Under the pieces are notes generated by a model, which did no database searches, was not told the origin of the DNA, and worked only from the letters and a program-made list of their open reading frames with translations. Source: Antedon mediterranea (lineage: Eukaryota; Animalia; Echinodermata). From it: a stretch of DNA of 64,000 bases. Shown here piece after piece: positions 63,977 through 64,000 of this stretch. How positions within the stretch are numbered: position 1 is the stretch's first letter; each line of letters begins with the position of its first letter. Both the position numbers and the translations under genes were made by a program. The stretch is from positions 8,702,101 through 8,766,100 of the forward strand of contig NC_092677.1 in the NCBI RefSeq assembly GCF_964355755.1. Reading direction: 5' to 3'.

Positions 63977-64000
63977 TTAAGGAAAACTATTTTAAATTAA

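Overview
AT-rich, intron-rich animal genomic DNA, probably an invertebrate deuterostome such as an echinoderm (inference only). I assembled four spliced protein-coding genes by hand from GT-AG sites and reading-frame continuity. (1) The 3' end of a CDCA7/JPO1-like zinc-finger gene (+, 37-2527). (2) A complete single-copy Dscam gene (-, 6669-40983; 9 Ig, 4 FN3, Ig, 2 FN3, TM, tail ending in a PDZ-type motif, no arrays of mutually exclusive exons). (3) A 5-Ig Kirre/NEPH-like receptor (-, 50736-57133) with a triplicated N-terminal Ig. (4) The 3' end of MRPL39 (-, 62496-63333). An intact two-ORF CR1/L2-group LINE lies antisense in a Dscam intron. Many MITEs, SINE/LINE ends, DINE-like elements and minisatellites fill the introns. 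The most interesting signals are a candidate neural-type microexon cluster between Dscam Ig10 and FN5, a modular phase-1 Dscam cytoplasmic tail, and at least 32 copies of the palindrome TAGGCCTA. All splice models are predictions without transcript data.
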